Shown here: piece after piece, positions 61,922 to 64,000 of the stretch
Layout: every line of letters starts with the position of its first letter
Numbering within the stretch: position 1 is the first letter of the stretch
Translations under genes and position numbers: made by a program
The notes under the pieces: generated by a model
What the model was told of the DNA's origin: nothing
Databases searched by the model: none
Seen by the model: the letters and a program-made list of their open reading frames with translations, nothing else
NCBI GenBank assembly: GCA_964187785.1
Contig: OZ076409.1
Location: forward strand, 58,716,001 to 58,780,000
Length of the DNA stretch: 64,000 nucleotides
Direction of reading: 5' to 3'
From: Amphiscolops sp. MND2022
Taxonomy: Eukaryota

Positions 61922-62657
61922 TGGTTCCAGCGAGTTAGTCATTGGAATTTTTTTTCAGTAGCTGAATGCGCCTAGAAAATGTGGAAGAGGGAATCACCAA
62001 TGCTCGCTCGAGGAAATTCAGATCATTATCATATCTTCTTGTGAACTCCACGACGTATTACGTCTGACATACAACGACTAAATCTTGACAAGGACCGACT
62101 ACGGAGCTACATAGAAGCTGAAACTACAAGAACTGAGAAACTACAAACTGAGTACGAAGAAACTGAACATTATTAGTCTGATGACCTTGAATAAAACCAT
62201 CTTCCCGCAAATAGGATTTTTTTAAGGAATTATAAAGACAGGCGCGAAACGACGAAAGCGGGTAGGGCGGCCGATTATGCTAGGTGGTCTACTGGTTATC
62301 ACTGAATTTGATAAATTTGATCACCACTTGGAACCAAAATTGTTCTACAATATCACTTGAATGCAAGATCAGTCTGTTCGACTGATGACTCTAATTTTCA
62401 AAATTTTCGCCACGCCTTTTCGTTAGTTTTAATGAGGTATTCACAGTATTTGTCAATTAAATTTTTCTAACGGTCAGTACATAGTTTTTTTTCAATGATG
62501 ATGTACTGCTTGATTCCAATCTTTCGAAAAATTTTTCCTTCGTTATGAATTGAGCAGCGAAAATTAGTTTTTTGAAACTTATTCCAAATATTATACAATT
62601 GTAAATTCTCACAAGATCCTTTAGTTTATTCAAAATTTTTAGTTGCATGGATGTCAT

Positions 62658-63364
62658 TTTTAGCCGGCGCTTCATAAAGTGAAACGCGACTATTATAGTG
62701 ACTCTTTTTTCATTTTTTTTCAATTCACATGAACTGACCGAAATAGTTCTTAAAAGTTCTACAAAATATTATTGCACCATTTGGCCTAGCGAACTGAACC
62801 AAAAAAGTTTTTCCTGTTTTCCCGCGTAACATACCGGGTGAGACCAAATGGTCCCCCCTTTCAATTTTTTTCGGCACTGCGAGACTTTTTTTCGGAAAAT
62901 TTGTTCCGGGTCCCCACCTTCAATTTTTTGCTGTTTTGCGACAGAATGGATGTTGAAAAATCCCAAAGGGTCCCCATTTCAGTTTTTCGGCATTGTGAGA
63001 CTTTTTTCTGAAAAATTTTTCTCTCCAAAGGGTCCCACTTCAATTTCTTTGATATTTTACAACATATTGGGTGTTTAAAAATCCCAAAGGGTCCCCCTTT
63101 TAAGTTTTTCGGCATTGTGAGACTTTTTTTCGAAAATTTGTTTTTTCCTCCAAAAGGTCCCCCCTTCAACTGCGACAAAAATGTTGACAATTTCGGAAAT
63201 GTCCCCTTTTAGCGCCCCAGGGGCTCGCGCTAGCGGGCCCCGGTGCGCCATTCGGTCCATTTTTTGGGTTTTCGATTTTCGAGTACTGTAAATTGACACT
63301 TGGAAGTCCTTTTGCTATTTTTGAGCCTTGGATATGGCGCCAACTTGAGCCGGCCCCGGCTTAT
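62658..63364 (+). mobile_element. Helentron-like repeat family 1 copy
   Basis: ttttagccggcgcttc ... ggcgccaacttgagccggccccggctt; internal cccaaagggtcccc blocks. Confidence 0.65.
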
Positions 63365-63524
63365 TGAAAACTTTCGTGACAAGTTGGCTCAAATACCATC
63401 AGCGCCGAGTTGTGTTGGCCGGTAACCGACACTAATTTATATACTAAAAAATTCGGTCACTACTATGAAGTATTTAACTGGTCACCATTTCGCAGAATTT
63501 TCATTACAATTGTTATCTGGGTTC

Positions 63525-63784
63525 TTGAGTAGCACCTGAGCTTGAAGCTGAACAGGTTCCAACCGACGGTGAAGATTTTACCGTTGCCATTATTAAGAAA
63601 AGACGAATGGAACAGCAAAGTAACACTGGAAGTGGGTTTTTGAACAGGAAGTTCTTGCTACCGACGTTCAGCATTGTTGACCACTTTTTCTCAACTGCAA
63701 AACTTACTTTCAGCGATCGACGCCAGAAACTGTTGCCTATGCATATTGAGGAACAACTATTCCTGAAAAGCAACTCACGCTTCT

Positions 63785-63786
<2 letters not shown>
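63525..63786 (+). pseudogene. hAT-like transposase C-terminal (dimerisation region) remnant
   Basis: FLLPTFSIVDHFFSTAKLTFSDRRQKLLPMHIEEQLFLKSN resembles the PTS..ER.FS...R..L....E..LFL..N motif. Confidence 0.6.

Positions 63787-63788
<2 letters not shown>

Positions 63789-63862
<74 letters not shown>
63789..63862 (+). repeat. (GA)37 microsatellite
   Basis: Uninterrupted GA dinucleotide run. Confidence 0.98.
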
Positions 63863-63867
<5 letters not shown>

Positions 63868-64000
63868 CACTGCGCAGTTTCAGTTTTCAGGTACATGGTT
63901 ATCACTGATGATGAGAGTGATTACAATAAAAAAGCTTCAATAAAACTTTTTTTCAATTTTCTAGATACTGTATCTGTCCAACACTAGCTCCGAGTCTTTG

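Noticed and set aside
63607..63987. 126-aa ORF with an ERERER tract
   Set aside because: The tract is a translated (GA)n microsatellite attached to a transposase remnant.

Overview
AT-rich animal (invertebrate-like) nuclear DNA with GT-AG introns; the species cannot be determined from the sequence. Four host genes lie on the minus strand: a CPT1-like 5' coding exon, SSR3 (TRAP-gamma, 3 exons), a CHTOP-like gene (4 exons) and the 3' part of COG5. The centrepiece is a complete 14,138-bp Polinton/Maverick-type endogenous virus (20968-35105). It has AGTAGT...ACTACT termini, ~232-bp TIRs and a 6-bp TSD (TGCTGG), and it sits inside a Helentron-like non-autonomous repeat within a 15-kb COG5 intron. 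It encodes a protein-primed DNA polymerase B (pPolB), major and minor capsid proteins, an rve integrase, an adenain-like protease, two tandem A32-like ATPases and several membrane-active or unknown proteins; six inactivating lesions are visible. Eight of its 12 ORFs start within a TAAATG motif like the poxvirus late initiator, and GC-rich triloop micro-hairpins recur in and between its genes. The right half holds a 12 x ~910-bp tandem array built partly from a decayed LINE RT fragment. It also holds a second dead LINE (PHD/CCHC ORF1, APE-RT ORF2, upstream SGNH-like ORF, 3.5-kb internal duplication) bracketed by 122-bp direct repeats. MITEs, near loop-less palindromes, a hAT remnant and a (GA)37 microsatellite are scattered through the window.
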